Assembly: GCA_963748625.1 (NCBI GenBank)
Contig: CAVVJT010000003.1
Location: 96,001 to 160,000 of the forward strand
Direction of reading: 5' to 3'
DNA from: an uncultured Chloroflexia bacterium
GTDB taxonomy: Bacteria; Chloroflexota; Limnocylindria; Limnocylindrales; CSP1-4
Length of the DNA: 64,000 nucleotides
This document shows positions 17,222-26,248 of the stretch, in pieces. The position numbers were made by a program, and so were the translations under genes. Positions within the stretch are counted from its first letter, which is position 1; every line of letters begins with the position of its first letter. The notes beneath the pieces were generated by a model. That model had not been told where the DNA came from and made no database searches. It saw only the letters and a list, made by a program, of their open reading frames with translations.

Positions 17222-19906
17222 CTACGGAGTTTCCGGGCTGGCGCTCGCGTCGGGATCCGAAGGTGCCCCCGAGGGGCAGGGTGACGTGGGATCGCCCGGG
17301 ACACAGACCGGGGGCTGCCCCAGCGGGCACTTCTTCGTGGGTGCGAACCTGCCACCCCAGCTGCGGCCGAACGGATACCAGCTGATGCCGTCGCCGGACC
17401 CGTAGAAGTACGCGGTCTTCGTTCCCTGGGAACCACCCACGCCAGGGCCCCTGGCGGCCCGGGCCTGCCAGGCCGCGTTGGCCTTCTGCCAGGTCTTGAA
17501 CCCGCGCTCTGCGGCTCGATAGTCGATGAAGGTCCTCGTGACCATCGGTCCCGAGCACCCCTCGCGCCACAGCAGGCCGCTCGCGGCATCGATCTCGACT
17601 GTGTATCCGAAGCTCGACGACTTCTTCGGCTGCGTGCCCGCCAGGAACAGCTCCTCGACCTTCTTCGTCGTGGACGGCCCCGGCCGCATCCCCGTGAACG
17701 CGTCCACGGTCGCGGTCACGAGCCCCTTCGGACGGACGCGACCGAAGCCCTCGATGGGCATCCCCTTGGAGACGTCGGAGAGGATGGCGCTCCACAACGG
17801 TCCTGACGTGTCCAGCGACAGCAGGCCATCGTTGGGCGAGTTGTCCGAGTTGCCGAGCCAGACGCCCGCGACGAGCCCCGGCAGCGTCTTGTCGGAAGGC
17901 GGCGCGAGGTAGCCGTAGGCGTGGACGTCGCGGTTGTCGCTCGTGGTCCCCGTCTTGTAGGCCGCCGGCCGGACCTTGTTGCTCGTGACGCCGTTGGTGA
18001 TCCGCCACCTCGCCCAGAACGGGTTGACCCGGGTCTGGGTGTTGCCCGCCAGGATGTCGGTGATGATGTACGCGGCCCCACGGGACGTGACGCGTTCGCC
18101 CGTCGGCCGCCAGTCCTGCGGCGGCCAGACCTGCGCCCCCGTGCCGTCGAGAACGCGCAGGATCACGCGCCTGGGCATCAGCACGCCCCCGTTTGCGATC
18201 ACACCGTAGGCGCCGATCAGGTCGATGGGGTGGATCTCGAGGGTGCCGATGCTCTCCGATGCGACGGGCAGAGCGGTGCTCGGATAGCGCAGCCCGAACT
18301 CCTTGGACCGCTTGAACTGGTGCTCCAGGCCGTTGATGAAGCCCGCCTTGATGGCCGGGATGTTGAGCGAGAACTGGAGCGCGCTGCGCAGGCGCACGGG
18401 GCCACGCTCGAGATGGTCGGCCTGCGTGGGCGAGTACCTGCCGCCGAAGTTGGTGACGACGTCCATGAACATCGTGGCGGCCGTCATCGTCCTGTCGTCG
18501 ATCCCGATCGCGTAGACGATTGGCTTGATGGCGGACCCCGGCTGACGCCAGCCATCGCCGAGCACGTCGAACTGCGGCTGCAGTCTGCGGCTCTTCCTCG
18601 CCGTGTACGAGGCCGAGCCGGCATAGGCGAGAACCTCCCCCGTCCTGTAGTCCATGATCCCGGCGGCCGCGTTGTGGATGTTGTGGCCGCGAAGGCCTTT
18701 GATCCACGACCACTCGCTGCGCGGGATGCCACGGGCCTTGAGCACGGCGGCGGGGTTCTTCAGGTTGGGAATGATCGCCGCCGCGTGGACCCACTTCTCG
18801 GTGATCCGCTGCATCCGGTAGTCAAGGGTCGAGATGACGGTGTAGCCACCGGTGTCCACGAGATCGCACTCGTTGCTCCCGCACAGCAACTGTCCGAGCG
18901 TGTCGTGGACCTGCCAGGAGAAGTGCGGCGCCTTCCACTGGGCCGTGACCTGCGGAGCGAGGACGACCGGCTCGATCTTGGCCGCCTCGTAGTCGGCCGC
19001 CGTGTAGTCACCCTTGGTGAGACGCGCCTCCGCCTTCATCGCATCGAGGACCAGGTTGCGACGTCGCACCACGGCGGACGTCTGCGGGACCACGAGCCGC
19101 ACCTCCTCCTTGCCGTCGGCATCGGTGAACGGCTCCTCGACGGCGTTGCGAACGAGGTCGAGTGGCGTCGGCGACTTCGGGATGCCGGCAAGCAGCGCGT
19201 ACTGGGCGAGGGTGAGGTCCTTGAGGTCCTTGTGCCAGTACGACCGGGCGGCAGCCGCCGCGCCGTACGAGCGGTTCCCGTAGTTGTTGTTGTTGAGGTA
19301 GACCTCCATGATCGCGCGCTTGCCCTCGATGCCCGGGTAGGCATCGGTCAGCCGGATCGCCTGGATGATCTCGCGGACCTTCCGCTCGTAGGGGTCCGCG
19401 TCGCTCCCGACATACTCCTCGGGCAGGAGCCGGTCGCGCACCAGCTGCTGGGTGATCGTGGAGCCGCCTCGGGGCCTGCCCTCGAGCGTGTCGAACACCG
19501 CGGACATGAAGCCGATCGGGTCGAAGCCGGCGTTGTCCCAGAAGTCCTTGTCCTCGATGGAGGTGGTGGCATCGATCAGCGCCGGGGGGAAGTCCTCGTA
19601 CTTGACGAGGTCGCGGCGATCGGTGCCGTACGTGGCCAGGAGCACCTTGCCCGACCGGTCCCAGACCTTGGTCTGCCGGGTGAACACGATGGCCTCGAAC
19701 GCCTGGCTCGGATCCGGGAGGTCCTTCGCGTAGTACGCATAGCCGGCGACTGCGAGGGTCGCTCCCGCGAGGCCGACCCCCAGCAGGGACAGGAACATCA
19801 CCAGCGGGACGGCGAGTGCCACCGCCCTGACCGCCATCGATCCGCGACGCGCCCTGCGGGCGGCAGACTGACGATGACGGAGATGCCGAGCGTGGCTCGC
19901 GTGCAT
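17222..19906 (-). CDS. class A penicillin-binding protein (transglycosylase/transpeptidase)
   Basis: IEDKDF, GGSTITQQL, RKVRE; SAIK, SLN, KTGT. Confidence 0.95.
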   Translation of the reverse strand: MHASHARHLRHRQSAARRARRGSMAVRAVALAVPLVMFLSLLGVGLAGATLAVAGYAYYAKDLPDPSQAFEAIVFTRQTKVWDRSGKVLLATYGTDRRDLVKYEDFPPALIDATTSIEDKDFWDNAGFDPIGFMSAVFDTLEGRPRGGSTITQQLVRDRLLPEEYVGSDADPYERKVREIIQAIRLTDAYPGIEGKRAIMEVYLNNNNYGNRSYGAAAAARSYWHKDLKDLTLAQYALLAGIPKSPTPLDLVRNAVEEPFTDADGKEEVRLVVPQTSAVVRRRNLVLDAMKAEARLTKGDYTAADYEAAKIEPVVLAPQVTAQWKAPHFSWQVHDTLGQLLCGSNECDLVDTGGYTVISTLDYRMQRITEKWVHAAAIIPNLKNPAAVLKARGIPRSEWSWIKGLRGHNIHNAAAGIMDYRTGEVLAYAGSASYTARKSRRLQPQFDVLGDGWRQPGSAIKPIVYAIGIDDRTMTAATMFMDVVTNFGGRYSPTQADHLERGPVRLRSALQFSLNIPAIKAGFINGLEHQFKRSKEFGLRYPSTALPVASESIGTLEIHPIDLIGAYGVIANGGVLMPRRVILRVLDGTGAQVWPPQDWRPTGERVTSRGAAYIITDILAGNTQTRVNPFWARWRITNGVTSNKVRPAAYKTGTTSDNRDVHAYGYLAPPSDKTLPGLVAGVWLGNSDNSPNDGLLSLDTSGPLWSAILSDVSKGMPIEGFGRVRPKGLVTATVDAFTGMRPGPSTTKKVEELFLAGTQPKKSSSFGYTVEIDAASGLLWREGCSGPMVTRTFIDYRAAERGFKTWQKANAAWQARAARGPGVGGSQGTKTAYFYGSGDGISWYPFGRSWGGRFAPTKKCPLGQPPVCVPGDPTSPCPSGAPSDPDASASPETP

Positions 19907-20028
19907 GGAGTGGACCCCGGTGGTGCCGGGCGTGGGAACCCGATGACCAGGACGGCCTGAACTAGGACGAACGTGCCCGGCATCCTGTTACAGGGCGGAT
20001 GGGATCCACCACAAGCGTGTGAGGATGC

Positions 20029-22539
20029 TCAGAGCTCGGCCATGGCGGCCTCAAGGCGTGTCGTCGCGGTGGCGTGGTCCAGCGTGGAGTCGAACCACAT
20101 CGGCTCGCCCACGACAAGCTCCACGTCCCCCCGCAGCGATGACGGCAGCCGCCGCGCGTCGATGATCGACATGCGGTGGATCTTGAGCTTCACGGGTACC
20201 ACGGGTGACCCGCCTTCGACGGCGATCAGGCCCGCCCCTGCCCGTAGCGGCTGGAGCGGCCCACCGACGGTGAGCTTGCCCTCGGGGTACAGGAGCACGT
20301 TGTAGCCGCGGTCCATCCGCGACCCGAGCAGCTCCAGGCTCTTGCGGACGCCACCTTCGCGCTGCAGCGGGAAGGCGTTCGCGATCACCGACGCCAGCAC
20401 GCCCCGGAGGGGGTTCTCGTAGATCGTGTCCGCGGCGGCCGCGACCGACAGCTTCCAGCGGATCGCGAACGGGAGGCTGGACAGGATGATGGCGTTGTCG
20501 AGGTGGAGGCAGTGATTTGGCGTCAGCAGGTACGGGCCGTCCTCGCTCACGAGCCGTTCCAGGCCTCGAGTCCTCACGCGATAGAAGAGGTGGACGAACG
20601 GATACATGAGCAGCACCTGGAACGCGATGCCTGTGGCGCGGACGACAGGCGAAAGCGGCCAGCGCCAGGCCCCCAGCCCACGCTTGGCGCCGCGGGCGGC
20701 CTCCACCAGCGCGATCAGCCCGGCCACGGTGGTGTCCGGCTCGAGGACCTCGTCGTCGACGAAGATGCCGGTCTCCTCCTCGATGACGCCGAGCAGCTCC
20801 ACGCGCTGGAGGGAGTCCAGGGCGAGGTCCGATGCGAGGCGGGCCGTCGGCAGGATCGTCGCGGCCGGAATCCCCGCAAGGCCTGCGACGATCACCGTGA
20901 TCGGGTCGATGGCGGCGTCCAGCGGATCGCGGGCCAGCTTCGATGCCGCCGCAGGGATGGGCGCAGAAGCGGGCCGGGCGAGCCCGTCGAGGCGCGCCAG
21001 GACGTCGGGCTTGCGGACCTTGAGCGTGTGCGTCCGGGGCAGGTCCTCGTCCGGCCACACGGTGGAGCCGCGGATCTGCTGGTGGGGCGCAAGGCGCGCG
21101 TTCGCTGCCGCGACCACATCCGGGGCGACCCCTTCATCGTCCAGGAGGAGCACCGCATGGACCCGCAGTCCGGCGCCCAGCGGCCAGCCGACGACCGCTG
21201 CATCGCGGACGCGTGGATCCTCCCGCAGGATCGCCTCCACGTCCTCCGCGTACACCTTCTGACCGTCCGGGAGGGCCAGCATGTCCTTCTTGCGCCCCCG
21301 GAAGGTGAGCATGCCGTCCGCGGTGAGAGCCCCCAGGTCGCCCATGTGGTACCAGCCGTCGTCGTCGATCGCGGCGGCGGTCGCCTCGGGGTTCTGCCAG
21401 TAGCCAAGGAAGCGTCCGGGGCTGCGCGCCAGGATCTCGCCGTCGTCGGCGATCCGGACTTCAACGCCCGGGATCGGCTCGCCAACCGTCCCGAGCACGT
21501 TCCGCTCAGGCCGGGTGAACGTGACGACGGGGCCCATCTCCGTTGCGCCATAGCCCTGCAGGACGTCGATGCCCATGTCCGTCCAGCGCTGCGCGACGTC
21601 GATGTCCAGCGCCGATGCGCCGACGCCGATCGTGTGGAGGCGTCCGCCGAACTCCGCCAGGATCCTCCGGAACAGCAGGCGGCGGAGCGGCTTCGGTGCC
21701 CGGCCCGCGACCGCGTGCAACTGCTCGAACGAGGCCCGCTTGCCGGCCTGGTCCACCCGCCGCTCGATCGCAGCGTCGAGCAGGCGTAGCCCTTGCGGCA
21801 CGATCAGGAGCGTGGAGACGCCGAAGTCCCGGAAGGTCCGCACCAGCACCGCCGGCTGGCGGCTGACCGGGTAGACCACGCTGGCGCCAACTGTCAGCGG
21901 CGCGAGGAACCCGAGCACCTGCTCGTAGAGATGCGAGAGCGGAAGCACCGAGAGCAGCCGCTCATGCGTGTCGAACGGCAGGACGCTTGTCATAGCGGTC
22001 GCGGTCGCCACGAGGTTGCCGTGGGTCAGCATGGCGCCCTTGGGCTCGCCCGTCGTACCGCTCGTGAACACGATCTCGGCGAGGGTGTCTGGAGTGACGG
22101 AAGCCGCGGGCGCCGGCGTGGCGCGGCGGGCGTCGTCGACGAGCGTCTCGACCCACAGTACGGGCAGCCCCAGGGCGCGGGCCGAGCCCTCCGTCTGGCG
22201 GCAGGCCAGGACCAGTCTCGCCCCGGTCTGGCTCACGATCTTGGCACCGAACTCCACTGGATGGCGGACGTCGAGCGGCACGGCCACGGCCCCCAGGTGG
22301 GCGCACGCCAGCAGCCCGATCCCCCACTCCGGCCGGTTGACCGCCCAGAGGATGACGCGGTCGCCCTCCCCCACCCCGGCGTCCCGCAGGACGGCCGCGG
22401 CCCGGGGCACGATCGCCGCGAGGTCGCGGTACCGCCATGTCCGCGTCCGGAAGAACGGCCGGATCAGCAGCGCCGGTCGGCGGTCGAAGCGCTCCGCACC
22501 GCAGCGGACCACGTCAACGAGGGTCGCGGGGGCCTGCAC
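20029..22539 (-). CDS. acyl-AMP ligase + carrier domain + PlsC-like acyltransferase fusion
   Basis: FTSGTTGEPKG, GYGATE; LALDSL phosphopantetheine Ser; NHCLHLD and YPEG acyltransferase motifs. Confidence 0.9.
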   Translation of the reverse strand: MQAPATLVDVVRCGAERFDRRPALLIRPFFRTRTWRYRDLAAIVPRAAAVLRDAGVGEGDRVILWAVNRPEWGIGLLACAHLGAVAVPLDVRHPVEFGAKIVSQTGARLVLACRQTEGSARALGLPVLWVETLVDDARRATPAPAASVTPDTLAEIVFTSGTTGEPKGAMLTHGNLVATATAMTSVLPFDTHERLLSVLPLSHLYEQVLGFLAPLTVGASVVYPVSRQPAVLVRTFRDFGVSTLLIVPQGLRLLDAAIERRVDQAGKRASFEQLHAVAGRAPKPLRRLLFRRILAEFGGRLHTIGVGASALDIDVAQRWTDMGIDVLQGYGATEMGPVVTFTRPERNVLGTVGEPIPGVEVRIADDGEILARSPGRFLGYWQNPEATAAAIDDDGWYHMGDLGALTADGMLTFRGRKKDMLALPDGQKVYAEDVEAILREDPRVRDAAVVGWPLGAGLRVHAVLLLDDEGVAPDVVAAANARLAPHQQIRGSTVWPDEDLPRTHTLKVRKPDVLARLDGLARPASAPIPAAASKLARDPLDAAIDPITVIVAGLAGIPAATILPTARLASDLALDSLQRVELLGVIEEETGIFVDDEVLEPDTTVAGLIALVEAARGAKRGLGAWRWPLSPVVRATGIAFQVLLMYPFVHLFYRVRTRGLERLVSEDGPYLLTPNHCLHLDNAIILSSLPFAIRWKLSVAAAADTIYENPLRGVLASVIANAFPLQREGGVRKSLELLGSRMDRGYNVLLYPEGKLTVGGPLQPLRAGAGLIAVEGGSPVVPVKLKIHRMSIIDARRLPSSLRGDVELVVGEPMWFDSTLDHATATTRLEAAMAEL

Positions 22540-22561
22540 AGCGTGGTACCTCCCCTGCCGC

Positions 22562-23233
22562 TCAGCGCTCCTGGCTGACCAGCCTTCCGAGTGCCTCTCC
22601 GGCACCTCCGGCGAGGGGTGCGTAGTGCCCGAACACGATGGTGTCGATGTCGAGGTCGACCAGTCGCGCCATCGACCTGCGTGACTGGGCCCAGTCGTCG
22701 CTGTAGAGCGTGCTGGCGAACGTCAGCCGGCCGAACCGGCGCTGGAGGTTGTCGCCCACGAAGAGGATCCGGTCGCGGGCGCTGTACAGGCACACGCTCC
22801 CCGGCGTGTGTCCCGGTGTGTGGATAACGCGCAAGCCGCCCATCACCGGCAAGACGTCGCCGTCCTCGACGTGTTGCACGGCCGGCGGCTCTGGCGTCAT
22901 GGCGGCGAAGATGTGGCCCTTCGACGGGCGCCGGGCGGCGTCACGCCACGTGATCGCGAGGCGCGCCGCGTCGGCGGGATGGATGTGGATGGTCGCCCCG
23001 CGAGCCGCCAGCTCGCTGGCGCTCCCAGCGTGATCGGGGTGTCCGTGGGTGACGACGACGCGGCGGAGATCCGCGGGCGCACGCCCCTGCGCGGCGATCG
23101 CCCGGGTGATCCGGTTGGCCGACCCCGCGTACCCGCAGTCGATGAGCGTCAGCTCCGGCTCGAGCACGAGGTGCGCCTTGACCCGTGTGAGCCGGATCTC
23201 CACGACGTCGCGGAGCGCCGCCTCGTCGCTCAC
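22562..23233 (-). CDS. MBL-fold metallo-hydrolase
   Basis: THGHPDHAG, TPGHTPG, GD, FGH. Confidence 0.92.
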   Translation of the reverse strand: MSDEAALRDVVEIRLTRVKAHLVLEPELTLIDCGYAGSANRITRAIAAQGRAPADLRRVVVTHGHPDHAGSASELAARGATIHIHPADAARLAITWRDAARRPSKGHIFAAMTPEPPAVQHVEDGDVLPVMGGLRVIHTPGHTPGSVCLYSARDRILFVGDNLQRRFGRLTFASTLYSDDWAQSRRSMARLVDLDIDTIVFGHYAPLAGGAGEALGRLVSQER

Positions 23234-23477
23234 GGTGAGGTCCGCAGCCGCGCGGACACGCGGTCCGGTGGCGCGTCTCGGCGCGTCACGGACGCGAGGA
23301 CCCCGGTGTGATACGCCGCAGTCGGCACGGTCAGCCTCGCCAGGTCCCGATTGGACGTCATGGTCCCGGCCTGCCGTGTTCCCGCCTAGAGCCGGATGGA
23401 CTGCGGCCCTCCCCCGGCCCGGACCGCCGTCACCGGCCGTGCGCCGCCAACTACACTCGCGGGATCACCAACCGACC

Positions 23478-23744
23478 ATGATCCAGGAGCGCGCCGTGAC
23501 CGACTCGATCAAGGGCTGGGATCCGGCCCTCGCCACCCGCCAGTCCACGTGCGAGCGCTGCGGCACGCAGTTCGGCTGCCGCAACCTGGGCGAGGAGGGG
23601 TCGTGCTGGTGCTCGATGGAGGCGTTCCGGCTGCCGGTGCCGCTGCCTGAGGGCGTGGGCCCGTTCGGCGACTGCCTGTGTCCGGACTGCCTGCGCGCCG
23701 TCGCCGACGAGCTGCGCGCAAAGGGGTTCGGCCCCGCCTCCTGA
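23478..23744 (+). CDS. cysteine-rich CWC family protein
   Basis: CERCG..FGC...CWC...CLCPDCL. Confidence 0.85.
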   Translation: MIQERAVTDSIKGWDPALATRQSTCERCGTQFGCRNLGEEGSCWCSMEAFRLPVPLPEGVGPFGDCLCPDCLRAVADELRAKGFGPAS

Positions 23745-23787
23745 GGCCAGGGCGCTCGCCGTTTCGCTGGTGTGCCGGTCGGGTGCG

Positions 23788-23961
23788 GCATGCACGCTCG
23801 GCAATGCTGCAGGGGTCCGCAGATGCAACGTTGCGCATGGCGCACGGAATCGTCGCGCGAATTGGCACGAACGTGGGTGCGGAGCCCGAATCGTGACGTC
23901 GCGGTGCTCGTGGCGCACAACGATGCCGGGGCATCCCGGCTCTATTGCTCCCCATGCATGC
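23788..23961. repeat. intergenic element with imperfect terminal inverted repeats
   Basis: GCATGCA..GGCAAT at left, ATTGCT..TGCATGC at right; lies between convergent genes. Confidence 0.35.
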
Positions 23962-24016
23962 AGCGCCCGGTGCAGAGCTGGCGGCGCGAGCGGCGAAGCG
24001 CGAGGATGGCGGTGGT

Positions 24017-24448
24017 TCAGCCGCCCATCGCGTTGGTGCCATCGGACAGGACCGGCGAGATCATGCCGAACACGTTGTTGTCCGGGTCGAGCAGGTAGCC
24101 AACACGCCCGATGCCCTGCATGTCCTGGGCCGGCAGCGCCTCAAGACCACCGAGCTCGACGCCGCGGGCCATCAGGCCGTCCACATCATCGACACCGATG
24201 ACGATGTTGCAGCCACTGACCGGTGCGCCAGGCTCCGGGCCTGGTCCCGGTCGCTTGTTCATGCCGCCGTTGATCCCGTGGCCACCGGTGCCGGCCACGT
24301 TCCCGATCGATCCTTCACCGGTGTCGATCATCCAGTACTCGACCTCGCCCCACCGCTGGAACCGCCAGCCGAGGAGCGCACTGTAGAAGTCGATGAGCCG
24401 CTGGGGCTCGGATGCGTGGATCTCGAAGTGGACGACGAGGTTCGCCAT
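24017..24448 (-). CDS. VOC (glyoxalase-like) family protein
   Basis: VVHFEIHA, FYSALLGW, GINGG, DPDNNVFG. Confidence 0.92.
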   Translation of the reverse strand: MANLVVHFEIHASEPQRLIDFYSALLGWRFQRWGEVEYWMIDTGEGSIGNVAGTGGHGINGGMNKRPGPGPEPGAPVSGCNIVIGVDDVDGLMARGVELGGLEALPAQDMQGIGRVGYLLDPDNNVFGMISPVLSDGTNAMGG

Positions 24449-24501
24449 TACCTGCCTCCGTGGGGTACGCGGCTTCGATCGCCCCCAGTATGGCAGCGGG
24501 G

Positions 24502-24534
24502 TTGACACTGCCGTCGTACAACCATATGGTTGTA
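24502..24534 (+). promoter_or_regulatory. promoter with palindromic ArsR-type operator
   Basis: TTGACA-N17-TATGGT; perfect 18-bp palindrome TACAACCATATGGTTGTA (24517-24534). Confidence 0.8.
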
Positions 24535-24537
24535 GCA

Positions 24538-24873
24538 ATGCAGACAGCGTTCCAGCCGGATCTCGTCTTCGCCGCCCTGGCTGATGCCACCCGGCGGGAC
24601 ATCGTCCTGCGGGCCCTGGGCGGCCACGAAGGCGTTGCCGAGCTTGCCTCCCACTATCCGATGAGCTTTGCGGCGGTGCAGAAGCACGTCGCGGTGCTCG
24701 AGCGGGCGGGCCTGGTCAGCAAGCAGCGCGTCGGCCGCCGCAAGGTGGTTCGCACGGAGATCGAGGCCCTTCGGCTGGCACGCGGCCTGCTGGACCAGTA
24801 CGAGGCGTTGTGGCGGGGCCGGATCGACCGGATGACCGACCTCATCGCCACCAGCAAGGAGTCCCGAGCATGA
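24538..24873 (+). CDS. ArsR/SmtB family transcriptional regulator
   Basis: FAALADATRRDI, MSFAAVQKHVAVLERAGLV. Confidence 0.93.
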   Translation: MQTAFQPDLVFAALADATRRDIVLRALGGHEGVAELASHYPMSFAAVQKHVAVLERAGLVSKQRVGRRKVVRTEIEALRLARGLLDQYEALWRGRIDRMTDLIATSKESRA

Positions 24874-25370
24874 CGGTCACCGCGGTCCGCAAGGACCCCA
24901 GCGCCCTGACGATGACCCTCACCGCCGAGTTCGAGGCCACACCGGAGCGGGTGTGGCAGCTGTGGGCCGATCCCAGGCAGCTCGAGCGCTGGTGGGGCCC
25001 GCCCACCTACCCCGCCACCTTCACCCGCCACGAGCTCGCTCCCGGGGGCCGCGTGGAGTACCACATGACCGGGCCCGAGGGCGACCAGCCCCGCGGCTAC
25101 TGGGTCGTGCTTGAGGCCGACCCGCCGCGCACCATCGAGTTCGAGGATGGCTTCGCGCACGCGGACGGGACGCCGAACGACGACTTCCCGCGGACGCTGG
25201 GCCGGGTCGTGATCGAGCCCATCGACGCCGACCACACCCGGATGTCCATCGAGAGCAGGTTCGCCACGGTGGAGTCAATGGAGCAGTTGGTGGCCATGGG
25301 GATGGAGCAGGGCCTCACCGAGGCCGTGGGCCAGATCGACGCGATCCTCGCCGAAGGCGTCGCGGCATGA
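24870..25370 (+). CDS. SRPBCC (AHSA1-like) domain protein
   Basis: ATPERVWQLWADP...WWGP; ATGA coupling. Confidence 0.92.
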   Translation: MTVTAVRKDPSALTMTLTAEFEATPERVWQLWADPRQLERWWGPPTYPATFTRHELAPGGRVEYHMTGPEGDQPRGYWVVLEADPPRTIEFEDGFAHADGTPNDDFPRTLGRVVIEPIDADHTRMSIESRFATVESMEQLVAMGMEQGLTEAVGQIDAILAEGVAA

Positions 25371-26248
25371 CGGCGCTCGGAGCACAGGTCACCCGGACGC
25401 TCGCCGCTCCGGGCGCCACGCTCGCCTACGACGTGCGCGAGGCCATTTCCGACGAGCCCGCGCTGCTGCTGATCGGGTCACCGATGGGCGCGGGCGGCTT
25501 CGCCACCCTCGCCTCCCACTTCGCCGACCGCACGGTCGTCACCTACGACCCGCGCGGCGTGGAGCGCAGCGTCAAGGACGATCCGGCGACGATCTCCACG
25601 CCGGACCAGCACGCCGACGACGTCCACCGGATCATCGGGGCCCTGGGCGGCGGCCCCGTCGACCTGTTCGCGAGCAGCGGCGGGGCGGTCAACGCGCTGG
25701 CCCTGGTCGCAGCCCAACCGGGCGAGGTGCGCACGCTGGTCGCCCACGAGCCACCGCTGGCTGCCCTCCTCCCCGACCGCGATGCGGCGCTGGCGGCATC
25801 GAAGGCCATTGCGGACGCGTACCAGGCTGACGGGTTCGGGGCGGGCATGGCGCGCTTCATCGCCGTGGTCGGCCACCAGGGCCCGTTCACGCCGGCAGAC
25901 GCGACCGCGCCCACGCCAGACCCGGCGACGTTCGGCCTGCCTGTGGAGGACGACGGGGCGCGGACCGATCCGCTCCTGTTCCAGAACATGCTCACCTCCA
26001 CCCACTACGAGCCGGACTTCGACGCGCTCCGTGCGTCGCCGACGCGTGTCGTCATCGCCGTCGGGACCGATTCCGATGGCCAGTTGGCCCACCGGGGAGG
26101 CCTGGCCGCCGCAGGACGCCTCGGCGCCGAGGCGCTGCGCTTCCCGGGCGACCACAGCGGGTTCCTGGGCGGCGAGTACGGCCAGGCCGGCGTACCCGAC
26201 GCGTTCGCAGCGAAGCTCCGCGAGGTCCTGGAAGACTCCCAGCCCTAG
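25367..26248 (+). CDS. alpha/beta hydrolase
   Basis: YDPRG, ASSGGA nucleophile elbow, HEPP, PGDH. Confidence 0.9.
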   Translation: MTALGAQVTRTLAAPGATLAYDVREAISDEPALLLIGSPMGAGGFATLASHFADRTVVTYDPRGVERSVKDDPATISTPDQHADDVHRIIGALGGGPVDLFASSGGAVNALALVAAQPGEVRTLVAHEPPLAALLPDRDAALAASKAIADAYQADGFGAGMARFIAVVGHQGPFTPADATAPTPDPATFGLPVEDDGARTDPLLFQNMLTSTHYEPDFDALRASPTRVVIAVGTDSDGQLAHRGGLAAAGRLGAEALRFPGDHSGFLGGEYGQAGVPDAFAAKLREVLEDSQP

